Position numbers and translations under genes: made by a program. From a virus (lineage: Duplodnaviria; Caudoviricetes), in the IMG/VR virus record IMGVR_UViG_3300049489_001135, positions 1 to 55,003 of that record: a stretch of 55,003 nucleotides of DNA; one strand, written 5' to 3'. The notes beneath the pieces were generated by a model. The model did not search any database. It saw nothing but the letters and a program-made list of their open reading frames with translations, and had not been told where the DNA came from. Shown in pieces: positions 46,987 to 55,003 of the stretch. The first letter of the stretch is position 1. Each line of letters opens with the position of its first letter.

Positions 46987-48849
46987 CTATTCTGGTAATA
47001 TAGGCTGAACTGGCGTGGCTTGTTCAGCGTTTGGTCCGGCTAGGTTAGCTGGCACCAAGTATTGTTCTTCTTGCCCGACTTGAGGCAATGCCGGTGCGTT
47101 TGGCTGTGCACTGGCAGTTGCAGCTTTTTGCAACAATGCTGCGGCATCTTCAATCCATCTGCGAAACAGTTCTAATTTTTCATCTGGTGCACCTTGACTG
47201 CGGTACATAAGATAAGCTTGTTGCATTTTTGTAATGCCCATTTGCAAGTTTTGATAAGGCTCGGGAGTTTGATAATTTCCTTCATCAATAATCATTTCAA
47301 TGGAGCGCTCAATGTCTTCAACGCCTGCGTTGTTAAAATTATAATACTGTTGCAAATCAGGGAAATTAAGCAATTTCATGCCGTCTTCTTTGCCAATAAA
47401 TCCTGCAGCAAGTAATTCTTGTATGTCCTGTAATCGGCCAGCAGGCGTGCTTGAAAGACTAGACGTTGGAAATACTTGCATAATATATTGGTCATCTTCC
47501 ATGCTTACATCTTTCCACTTTATTGTTCGTAAAAAGTGGTTGTCTTTAGCACGGATTTTATAATCTGGGTCATCTTCAGCAAGGTCTTTTACTAAGTCAA
47601 TCATGATTTTAGCAGCGAGCATGAATGTTTGCTCATAGCGCTTAGCAACTTCCATAAAACGTTCAGATTCTATGTCGTTAAATTCGCGCAAAGCTTTGCC
47701 AGAATCAAGGCCAGAAGGCTTTTGCGCATTAGCTGCTAATTGAGAAACACCAGCAATCTCATAGGCGCGTGCATATAATCTGTCTAAATGGTTAAAAAGT
47801 TCTGGAGGAATATTTGCCAGTGGTCCATGAGTAGGCGGTTGGCCAACATACTTTACAATACCGCCAATTTTATTATTCAAGTGCGCCGAAACAATGTTTG
47901 AAGAAGCTTCTACAAAGATTTTAGGCACAGAAACTAGGTGCATGCTTACTTGTATTGTACGAAGTATTTTATTAATTTCAAGCTGTAGGCCAGTCAATTG
48001 TTCAGCAAGCCCTTGTCCCCAAAATCCTAAAGGCCGTTCGCACCAACGGTGTAGCACGAAAGGAAAATAATCTTTATTATACTCTTCTTCAAATAATGTA
48101 GCAGTTTCTATGCAGATAGTATGTCTACCGTCTTTAGCTTTTTTACCGCTTGGTAAATGCCAGGATTCTACAACAAGTACCATGTTTGATTTTTTATCAT
48201 AAGTATTAGAAGCCCAACTTGAGCTACTTTCAGAGCCTAGTGCGCTGATTTGTTCTGCAAATTTTGGAAAAGCAGATTTTAGCACGTCTACATTAATAAA
48301 CTTTTTCTGGTGCATGCTGCGTGGCTCGCCATAAATACTTTCTGAATCGTCAACAACTAGCTCGCCAATAAAAATGCGCTCGGCTTTTACTTCACCGTCT
48401 TGCTTGTATATTTTAATAGCCCCGGTGCCATTAATGCAGCTATCTTTAAAAGCTTGGGCAGATTTTGCATAATATTTACATGCGTCAAATTGGCCTTCAA
48501 TAAATTGGGTCAATTTCATTGCACGGCGCTGCATAGTAAAATCGCCACCATCAGTCAAGAAAGATGGTTTAGGCATGTTTTTGGTAATTTTTGAAGTAAC
48601 GGTATCAACCATGCTCTGTATAATATTCCAAGTTACACGTTGCTGGCCAAGGTCAGTGCTTTCTGTGCGTAAGGTATTATAGGTGCGCAAAGCATACGGC
48701 TCTAAATTGCCATATAATCGCATATTACGATAGTTAGAAGAATCTATGTAGGATTGGTCGGCATCTAGCCGCTTTACAATAGCAAATACGGAGGCTGCAA
48801 TATCTGCTTTATCTTGTCTCCACCAATAGTAATCTTTGTTTTGGTACAT
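46987..48849 (-). CDS. portal protein
   Basis: 620 aa after TerL; NIIQSMVDT, PF......G.FWGQGLAE.L..LQ.EIN, SGKALR. Confidence 0.9.
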   Translation of the reverse strand: MYQNKDYYWWRQDKADIAASVFAIVKRLDADQSYIDSSNYRNMRLYGNLEPYALRTYNTLRTESTDLGQQRVTWNIIQSMVDTVTSKITKNMPKPSFLTDGGDFTMQRRAMKLTQFIEGQFDACKYYAKSAQAFKDSCINGTGAIKIYKQDGEVKAERIFIGELVVDDSESIYGEPRSMHQKKFINVDVLKSAFPKFAEQISALGSESSSSWASNTYDKKSNMVLVVESWHLPSGKKAKDGRHTICIETATLFEEEYNKDYFPFVLHRWCERPLGFWGQGLAEQLTGLQLEINKILRTIQVSMHLVSVPKIFVEASSNIVSAHLNNKIGGIVKYVGQPPTHGPLANIPPELFNHLDRLYARAYEIAGVSQLAANAQKPSGLDSGKALREFNDIESERFMEVAKRYEQTFMLAAKIMIDLVKDLAEDDPDYKIRAKDNHFLRTIKWKDVSMEDDQYIMQVFPTSSLSSTPAGRLQDIQELLAAGFIGKEDGMKLLNFPDLQQYYNFNNAGVEDIERSIEMIIDEGNYQTPEPYQNLQMGITKMQQAYLMYRSQGAPDEKLELFRRWIEDAAALLQKAATASAQPNAPALPQVGQEEQYLVPANLAGPNAEQATPVQPILPE

Positions 48850-48857
48850 TTATAAGC

Positions 48858-49151
48858 CTAAAATGTGGACAGGTATAAGTCTGGGTCTTCGTCGGAAAAC
48901 GGCAGAGTGTCTGTCATAGTTAGAGAGGTGTCCTTGGCTTCATTACCCAGTGTTGGCGAATTCGGTACATTATTGCTATTAGTTAGCACGGTTTCGCCGT
49001 TTTGTATCTTATTGGCGTACAATTGTACTAATTCGTAATCAGATAATTCTATTTCTATGTCAGCGATTTTAATGCGTTTTAGGCCATTTTCTTTAGCAAT
49101 TTGAATAACTTCTGTCAGTATTTCTAGGTTGTCCTGCACGCGTGACTCCAT
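48858..49151 (-). CDS. hypothetical protein
   Basis: Between terminase and portal genes. Confidence 0.7.
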   Translation of the reverse strand: MESRVQDNLEILTEVIQIAKENGLKRIKIADIEIELSDYELVQLYANKIQNGETVLTNSNNVPNSPTLGNEAKDTSLTMTDTLPFSDEDPDLYLSTF

Positions 49152-49172
49152 ATGATATAGTTATATGTTATA

Positions 49173-50621
49173 TTAAAATTCATCATCTGTTACGCCAATA
49201 TCGTCAAAATCAGCTACATCGGTAAATTCTGACATGCCAGATTTTCGTTGTTCAAACTTTTCCATTTCTTTTTGCTCTAACATGTCCATGTACTTATCAG
49301 TATTTATTGCTATTTTTTCTGCAGGAGATTGCTTAAAGTAGTGGCGACATTCACGCCAAGCGTATAGCACGGAATCTCCAACGTCGGTATGGTAAACGTC
49401 CGAAATTTTTGGCCGGGCTGGGTCATCGTAGTTCCATTGCACGAGATTACAATCTTCAGCAAAGCGACTGTTTGGCATTGCTTTAAATTTACCGCTGCGT
49501 AAATCATCGTTTAGCATGGCAATAAACTCAAATTTTCTAGCCTTGTCTGCGGCATCAATTGGCAACTGATGCCGGATACGTATCTCTTCTTGAATTTTTT
49601 TACCCAGTGCTCCAGCATCCATTACCATTTTTACTGGCTTATACTTGCTCTGTAATGCCTTAATTTGTGTAACTAAACCAGTAATGTCCTGCTTAGTGGT
49701 AATCAATTCTTCTACCAAGTAAACTTCGCCGGTAAAGTGGCTGTAACCTAGCACGGCTATGGCATCTGCGTCCTTATAGCCAATATCTATGCCAAATATG
49801 TAGGTAAGATTTTCTGGTATGCTAAAGGTAGTGTTTAGCACCGCGTCAAATTTAAAAACAAGACTGTCTAAATCTTTAATCCATTGGCCAAAATATTCTC
49901 GCTGAATACTTGCATCATTTGTAGTCAAACCACGGCGTGCTGCTAGTTCCTTGATAATATCCAGCGGTTCTTTGCCAGATTTAAGCTTAATATGCGGATT
50001 TTGTTGCATGGTCCAGTGATGATGGCTCCACTCAGGATTGTGTGATGCATCATAGAAATATCCGGCAGGAATTGGGCCAGGTGTGCCAATAAGTATTAGC
50101 TCACCATAGTAATCGGTTAAAGCAGGCTCAATAATGTCCTCAACTAGGTCTTTAATATAAGCACGGAAGGCTTGGGATTCATCTATATACACCTTGCGAA
50201 ATGAAAGTCCACGAAATTTTTCGGCTTCGCCTGCATCTTTAGCACCAGATACGTAGATAATGTTACCATTTGGCATGTGCAGTGATAAATCTGAGTTATC
50301 AGGATGCCCTTGCAAAGCATATTCTTTATTTATCTTTAAAATTTCTCGCCAAATAATACGTTTAGCATTTATTCGACTAAGTGTGATATAGGCTACATCA
50401 CCTTTTTTAGTCATGGCCGTGTTCATTAAATCTGCAGCACATGCTAGTGTTTTTCCGCTTCTGCGGGAGCAAACTGCAGTTTTAAATCTAGCTGGGTCAT
50501 TAATGAATGCAATTTGCTTGTCAAAACAGAAATCTTCAATAGTAAAGCTACGAGCCAAGGACTTAGCCTTAGCTCGCTTTGCAATTTCCTGCTTTAAAAT
50601 ATCAGACCTAATGCGACTCAA
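49173..50621 (-). CDS. terL: terminase large subunit
   Basis: Walker A SRRSGKT, Walker B YIDES, IGTP, REYFGQW, nuclease GIDIG..D, DVGDSVLY. Confidence 0.95.
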   Translation of the reverse strand: MSRIRSDILKQEIAKRAKAKSLARSFTIEDFCFDKQIAFINDPARFKTAVCSRRSGKTLACAADLMNTAMTKKGDVAYITLSRINAKRIIWREILKINKEYALQGHPDNSDLSLHMPNGNIIYVSGAKDAGEAEKFRGLSFRKVYIDESQAFRAYIKDLVEDIIEPALTDYYGELILIGTPGPIPAGYFYDASHNPEWSHHHWTMQQNPHIKLKSGKEPLDIIKELAARRGLTTNDASIQREYFGQWIKDLDSLVFKFDAVLNTTFSIPENLTYIFGIDIGYKDADAIAVLGYSHFTGEVYLVEELITTKQDITGLVTQIKALQSKYKPVKMVMDAGALGKKIQEEIRIRHQLPIDAADKARKFEFIAMLNDDLRSGKFKAMPNSRFAEDCNLVQWNYDDPARPKISDVYHTDVGDSVLYAWRECRHYFKQSPAEKIAINTDKYMDMLEQKEMEKFEQRKSGMSEFTDVADFDDIGVTDDEF

Positions 50622-50650
50622 ATGTTCCCCGATTTTAGTTGCTACAAAAA

Positions 50651-50929
50651 CTAGCGAACAGAATCACCAGGATTTCTGTCTTTAATTTTACCACGGTTTA
50701 ATTCACTACCAACAGCCTCTATAGGCCGTGCATAAGCAATATTGGTGCAAAATACAATAATTTCATCTTTTTCGGTCTTTACCTTAACAGCATTCATTTC
50801 TGGATAATATTCTAGTTCTAAACCTTGTAGTCCCAGTTCCTTAGATTCAGTAAAGAACTGATGATTTTTATTTTGAAATACTACATACTGATAAGTGTGA
50901 ATAGCCTTTAATTTAATTGTTTTAGACAT
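50651..50929 (-). CDS. hypothetical protein
   Basis: RBS GGAG. Confidence 0.7.
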   Translation of the reverse strand: MSKTIKLKAIHTYQYVVFQNKNHQFFTESKELGLQGLELEYYPEMNAVKVKTEKDEIIVFCTNIAYARPIEAVGSELNRGKIKDRNPGDSVR

Positions 50930-50932
50930 GAT

Positions 50933-51679
50933 TTACTCCGATTTCTTGCCGATAGAAGGCAGTTTATATTGAACTCTTGCATCACTAACACCAACTGGAG
51001 CCCGAAATAGTGGGCAGCCAGAAAACTTAAATGTAATAGCACCAAACATTGATTGCATGGATACGGTATTCATTTTCATAATAAGCTCTTGAGAGCAAAC
51101 AATGTCTACAATGTTATCGGCAGCCCGAAAGCGAATAGAATCTTCTGCGTCCAACCATAATTCTTTGCTTACCAAACCTTTATAGTCAGATAATTGCATT
51201 TGCATACGCTTAGCATTTGCCACTTCAAGGCTAAGTACTCGGCGTTTTACATAATACAGTGTTGTCTCAAGAGAACCTACTTCTACAGTGCCTTCAAGGC
51301 CAGCATACGCTTGGTGAAACATTAAAGTGCCGTTTTCTGTAACAAGACGCCTGCCTGGTAATTGTTCTACTATTGCAGAAGCCATGCTGGCTGCAAAAAT
51401 GCTGACAGTATGTAAATTAGGAATTAATTTAGCAAATTGAATAAACATAAAGCCTGCTTCAATAGAGCCGCCCGGAGAATCTAGCACCAAATACAGTGGA
51501 TAGTTTTTTGTGCCGCGTTTTAGCACCAGTTTAGCAAGTTCAAGCTGCGCAGTTATAGCACTACGCCCAGAAACTTCGCCACGATACACAACAGTATTAT
51601 TGCTGTTTAATTGTACTTGTTCTGTAGCAGCAAAACTACTCAGCGGCAACAGCAGGGCTAGTGTTAGTAACATTTTCAT
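50933..51679 (-). CDS. ClpP-like (S14) protease with signal peptide
   Basis: MKMLLTLALLLPLSSFA; LDSPGGS, AASMA, MFHQ, WLDAED. Confidence 0.8.
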   Translation of the reverse strand: MKMLLTLALLLPLSSFAATEQVQLNSNNTVVYRGEVSGRSAITAQLELAKLVLKRGTKNYPLYLVLDSPGGSIEAGFMFIQFAKLIPNLHTVSIFAASMASAIVEQLPGRRLVTENGTLMFHQAYAGLEGTVEVGSLETTLYYVKRRVLSLEVANAKRMQMQLSDYKGLVSKELWLDAEDSIRFRAADNIVDIVCSQELIMKMNTVSMQSMFGAITFKFSGCPLFRAPVGVSDARVQYKLPSIGKKSE

Positions 51680-51848
51680 TTGTATTCCTATTCTGGCCGT
51701 TAAGCCGGTTAATTTCTTCTACTAAAACTTTTTTCTCAATCAATAGGCCGCCTATGGCCCGAATTAAATCATTTTTGCTCATACTTTTTAAGTTCTTTTT
51801 AACTTCTGAAAAGTATTGTTGCATTTGTTTTGCATCTTGTTCGGTCAC
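51636..51848 (-). CDS. hypothetical protein
   Basis: RBS AGGAG. Confidence 0.65.
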   Translation of the reverse strand: MTEQDAKQMQQYFSEVKKNLKSMSKNDLIRAIGGLLIEKKVLVEEINRLNGQNRNTNENVTNTSPAVAAE

Positions 51849-51856
51849 GTAGTCTC

Positions 51857-52333
51857 CTATATTAGTTCGGTTGCTAAATTAAGTTTAAGTGCTTCTTCAG
51901 GCGATAAGTAAGTTTCGGCAGCATGTAATTTAAGCCAGGTTTTAGCATCGGTTCCAGTGTATTCTTGTAATAGTTCGCACCAAAACTCTTCGCTTTTTTC
52001 CATGTCTTTTGCAAATTTTCTTATTTCAGTACTTTTTCCTTTAGTTTTATCAGAACTTTCATGAACGAGCATAACCGCCGCTTTAGAAAGTCTGCGCACA
52101 TTGCCAGCAGCAAATACAATAACAGCCGTAGAATGTACAGCACCAAAACCATACGTATGAACATCCCTTCCAGATGCCTTAATAAAGCCTGCAATTGCGC
52201 GACCAACATGCTCATCTCCACCGTCCGAGTTTATAATAACATTAATAGGACTTTCAGTTTGTTTAGTAAATTTTTTTACAAAATATTGAAACATTGCATC
52301 GTCAATGTTACCAGAAATGATAATATTACTCAT
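51857..52333 (-). CDS. ClpP-like (S14) protease
   Basis: ISGNID, INSDGGD, VHSTA, MLVHE, ETYLSPEEALKLNL. Confidence 0.85.
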   Translation of the reverse strand: MSNIIISGNIDDAMFQYFVKKFTKQTESPINVIINSDGGDEHVGRAIAGFIKASGRDVHTYGFGAVHSTAVIVFAAGNVRRLSKAAVMLVHESSDKTKGKSTEIRKFAKDMEKSEEFWCELLQEYTGTDAKTWLKLHAAETYLSPEEALKLNLATELI

Positions 52334-52805
52334 CTTGAACCTTTGGCTTGCTAAGTTCATACGCATAATAGCTTAGATATGGGTTATATACCATTTTGTA
52401 CTTTTTCTCTAGTGGCTCACTGGTGAATGTTCTGTGCGTGTAAAATAATGGTGTTTCTTTGGTAATACTTAATGCTTCAAGTAGCATTTTGGCGACACCA
52501 AATTTTCGGTAAATTTCTTTTACATATATAAAGTGAATTACTGGCACGTCTTCTACAGATTCGTGAGCAATGTAGCCATAAATTTGAGAAATGTCTTGGG
52601 CGTTGCAGGCAATAATAATTTCGGCCTGCTTACAAAGACCCTCTAGCACTTTGTGATGTTGTGCAAAATAAACTGGGTTATCACAGCCGCGAGTATTTTG
52701 ACTATGTCTATAGCAGCGAAGCCAAGAATTAAATACAAAGGGAACGTCTACTTCAGTGGCGGGTCGAAGTCTTACTTGATTCTTCAGGTCCGTTTTTTCG
52801 CTCAT
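52326..52805 (-). CDS. GNAT-fold acetyltransferase
   Basis: LRPAT..D; HFIYVK..YRKFGVAKMLL. Confidence 0.8.
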   Translation of the reverse strand: MSEKTDLKNQVRLRPATEVDVPFVFNSWLRCYRHSQNTRGCDNPVYFAQHHKVLEGLCKQAEIIIACNAQDISQIYGYIAHESVEDVPVIHFIYVKEIYRKFGVAKMLLEALSITKETPLFYTHRTFTSEPLEKKYKMVYNPYLSYYAYELSKPKVQDE

Positions 52806-53022
52806 CTTTGCTCCTTTTTGCGTCCCAGTATGTGCTGATTTCTACAACTAGTACAGCACCTTCAAATTCTGGGTCTGGTTTTACAATCACGTTATATGGC
52901 AAACTAAGTCTTTTGGCAATGCTTCGATTTTCTACTACAGTTTCTACTAGCATATAGTCTAGTAAGGCATGTACTTCGTGGGCACTGTCTAAATTAATTG
53001 TTGCCTTTTTCGGCTTGGACAT
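52753..53022 (-). CDS. hypothetical protein
   Basis: Overlapping run. Confidence 0.6.
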   Translation of the reverse strand: MSKPKKATINLDSAHEVHALLDYMLVETVVENRSIAKRLSLPYNVIVKPDPEFEGAVLVVEISTYWDAKRSKDERKNGPEESSKTSTRH

Positions 53023-53206
53023 TTGCAGCCTTTAGTTGGGTTTCCATTTTCTTGATTTCCGGTGCTATAGAAGCCAGCGCTTTAATTTGCGCTTCAATTT
53101 CTCTAACTTGAGAATCAATATCATTTTTTTGAGTAGTTAAAGCACCAAGTTGTACACATAAATTGGTATATTTTTGGTCAATAAGCTTTTGTGCGTCCAT
53201 TTTCAC
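52994..53206 (-). CDS. small coiled-coil protein
   Basis: RBS AAGGAG. Confidence 0.65.
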   Translation of the reverse strand: MKMDAQKLIDQKYTNLCVQLGALTTQKNDIDSQVREIEAQIKALASIAPEIKKMETQLKAANVQAEKGNN

Positions 53207-53224
53207 TCCTTTAAGCCTTTTAGT

Positions 53225-53252
53225 AGCATATCAGTTGGCACGAAAATTGCAA
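53225..53252 (-). promoter_or_regulatory. sigma70-type promoter overlapped by an opposite-strand consensus sigma54 motif
   Basis: TTGCAA-16 bp-TATGCT (extended TG) on -; TGGCACGAAAATTGCA at 53236-53251 on +. Confidence 0.6.
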
Positions 53253-53294
53253 GGTTTTTTTGCATATTTTAAAACTTTTTATAAGCCTTTGATA

Positions 53295-53525
53295 TTACAA
53301 GAATATTAGCTGAATAAAGTCTACTGGCTGCCTTAGGTCTTCAAAATACTCTCTGGCACATTGCTCCATGATTTGGCGCTCTTGTAAGCCTCGAAACTGC
53401 CTAATACCGTACTCATCAAAGTTGTAATATTTTTCACAGTTATCACTGAATATAAGCCCAAATTCTAGGCGGTTATCGCGCTCAAATGTTGCGTATACTA
53501 GCACTCTAACCGGCTCAATAATCAT
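53295..53525 (-). CDS. hypothetical protein
   Basis: ATGA-coupled. Confidence 0.6.
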   Translation of the reverse strand: MIIEPVRVLVYATFERDNRLEFGLIFSDNCEKYYNFDEYGIRQFRGLQERQIMEQCAREYFEDLRQPVDFIQLIFL

Positions 53526-53848
53526 GGTTTTTCGGATTTTTTTTGCAGCAAAGTTTGAGCTAGCTGAGCAAGTTCTTCATCAGACAAATTGCTAAAATCA
53601 TCTGCCTTAGAACGTTCGCGGCTTTCCTTAGACAGTTCCACCAATGCTTTAATATATCCTTGCAATACGCGGGCTTCAGCCAGGCCTAAAGTATTACCGG
53701 CAGCAATAGCTTTGTTGGATTTTGCAGCAATTTGCGTAAGCTGGTTTTGTATGATTCTAAGTGCATCCCCTATTAGGGTTTCTGCCTCTGGTACTACTAG
53801 CACACTATTTGGTTTAATTACTAATCGTCGTGGAGAATCGGATGACAT
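53522..53848 (-). CDS. hypothetical helical protein, possible terminase small subunit
   Basis: RBS AGGAG; C-terminal DFSNLSDEEL; function speculative. Confidence 0.4.
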   Translation of the reverse strand: MSSDSPRRLVIKPNSVLVVPEAETLIGDALRIIQNQLTQIAAKSNKAIAAGNTLGLAEARVLQGYIKALVELSKESRERSKADDFSNLSDEELAQLAQTLLQKKSEKP

Positions 53849-53904
53849 GTCTGCTCCTAGTATGCCGAAGTGGGCATATTATTAGCAGGTGTTAGATTCT
53901 AGGC

Positions 53905-54072
53905 CTAAAAATTTTTAAAAACGTAGGCAAGTTTTCTGCGTAAAATTTGAAGCTTAGACTCTGCACGTTTTTCTTCAAAACTTACGCCAGATAGTGCAGC
54001 TTTAAAACTTTGTAAAGCCATTAAAGTTTGTTGTTTTTTAAGTTGTGAATCATTGTACGTAATTTTATCCAT
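53905..54072 (-). CDS. 55-aa hypothetical protein (absent from the ORF track)
   Basis: MDKITYNDSQLKKQQ...FKNF; RBS AGGAG. Confidence 0.6.
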   Translation of the reverse strand: MDKITYNDSQLKKQQTLMALQSFKAALSGVSFEEKRAESKLQILRRKLAYVFKNF

Positions 54073-54142
54073 GACTTGCTCCTAAAATATACCCTAAAGT
54101 ACTTAAAATATTATTATGCCCGATAATACTTAAATTGTAAAT

Positions 54143-54448
54143 CTATTTGTTATTCAAAACCTCTTCGATTTGCTCGAGTATTTCTTTAATTCTATTAGCA
54201 CCGTTTTCTTTTAATCTTTTTGATTGGTGTTCTATAGGTACATTAAAATCAATAATTTCTTTAGCCCAATAGTTTTGTTGTTTTTGTGAAGTTTTAAGAG
54301 CATTCACCGCCAACTCAAGCGCCCTCGTTAGTTTGTCGAGGTCTGTGAGATTTAATGCGATTGACGTTTCGCCGTAAGCCTTGTCGTAAGAAATACGAGT
54401 CCTCACCTCAGCAATGTACGCGGTGATTGGGGTCATTTGCGTCTCCAC
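54143..54448 (-). CDS. hypothetical protein
   Basis: ORF; probable start MTPI after GGAG. Confidence 0.6.
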   Translation of the reverse strand: METQMTPITAYIAEVRTRISYDKAYGETSIALNLTDLDKLTRALELAVNALKTSQKQQNYWAKEIIDFNVPIEHQSKRLKENGANRIKEILEQIEEVLNNK

Positions 54449-54578
54449 TTATCTGAAATGAATTTCTTACGCTCTAACCAAAACAGAATTCTCTCAAGAA
54501 TAAATGCCCCTACAATAACTAATAGACTTAGCCCCACTATACCAAAAAATAAAACATCTCTAGCAGTATAGATAAACA

Positions 54579-55003
54579 TCACTTCATCCCCTTTGCTTGC
54601 TCGAGAGCGTCACAATGTACGCACGTTATTGTTGAGTTTTTACTACAGCAGCAAGATTCTTTAATGTGGTCTATAAGGTGCCAATTCTTTGCTCTTAACA
54701 GCTTTACTTCTTCAAGTTCTGCCATTTTTCTTAGCCGTTGATTTTTCTTTTCTGTTCTGTCCAACGCCTCCTCGTAGACCTTGAGCTTGGCATTGAGCGC
54801 ACGAATCTCAGCCCGAGCACTCATTAGCTCAGAAAAGTCGTTTAGGAGTTTTTTGTTCTCAGCCTTAAGTTGGTCGCGCTGTTGTTTCATTGAATAAAAA
54901 TCTTCGGCTAAATACCAATACTGTCTATTCTCACAATCAACTCGGTCAAAGTCCCAAATTTTTGGTGGCGCATAAGGCTTTGTTCTAATCTTTTCGGTTG
55001 CTA
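54579..55003 (-). CDS. partial coiled-coil protein with Cys-rich end
   Basis: Frame of the listed 54579-54890 ORF stays open to the window end; CCC...CVHC. Confidence 0.6.
   Translation of the reverse strand, partial: ATEKIRTKPYAPPKIWDFDRVDCENRQYWYLAEDFYSMKQQRDQLKAENKKLLNDFSELMSARAEIRALNAKLKVYEEALDRTEKKNQRLRKMAELEEVKLLRAKNWHLIDHIKESCCCSKNSTITCVHCDALEQAKGMK

Noticed and set aside
24891-53885. Numerous + strand ORFs of 60-150 aa inside the structural arm, and - strand ORFs inside replication genes
   Set aside because: Antisense shadows of well-supported genes; no RBS or motifs
53925-53940. AGGCAAGTTTTCTGCG as another sigma54 site
   Set aside because: Weak match inside the small ORF 53905-54072; could be chance

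Overview
The window is most of the genome of an AT-rich tailed dsDNA phage with podovirus-like architecture. No host genes, integrase, rRNA, canonical tRNA or CRISPR array were seen, and ORFs run off both ends. Transcription diverges from a non-coding control region at about 3370-3960. The + strand (3.9-24.1 kb) carries small early genes, DUF932- and GP88-like proteins, envelope enzymes and lipoproteins, and a replication module (SF3 helicase, AEP-type primase, RecE-like exonuclease, dATP/dGTP diphosphohydrolase, SSB-like protein, family A DNA polymerase). The - strand carries two ClpP-like proteases, terminase, portal, scaffold, capsid, a GIY-YIG homing endonuclease, adaptor, nozzle, ejection proteins, tail fibres, holin-like genes, a RusA-like nuclease and, at 2.0-3.4 kb, a TonB/TolA-like protein and an HTH protein. 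The most striking feature is a dense two-strand array of at least 8 sigma54 (RpoN) -24/-12 motifs at 3416-3803, with single copies overlapping sigma70-type promoters elsewhere, in a phage that encodes no enhancer-binding activator. Other observations are sigma28-like early promoters, a tRNA-like structured RNA, apparent GATC avoidance and a hidden zinc-finger gene split by one TGA. A Bdellovibrionota/Myxococcota-like host is inferred from protein styles only. All calls come from reading motifs by eye; no database searches were run.
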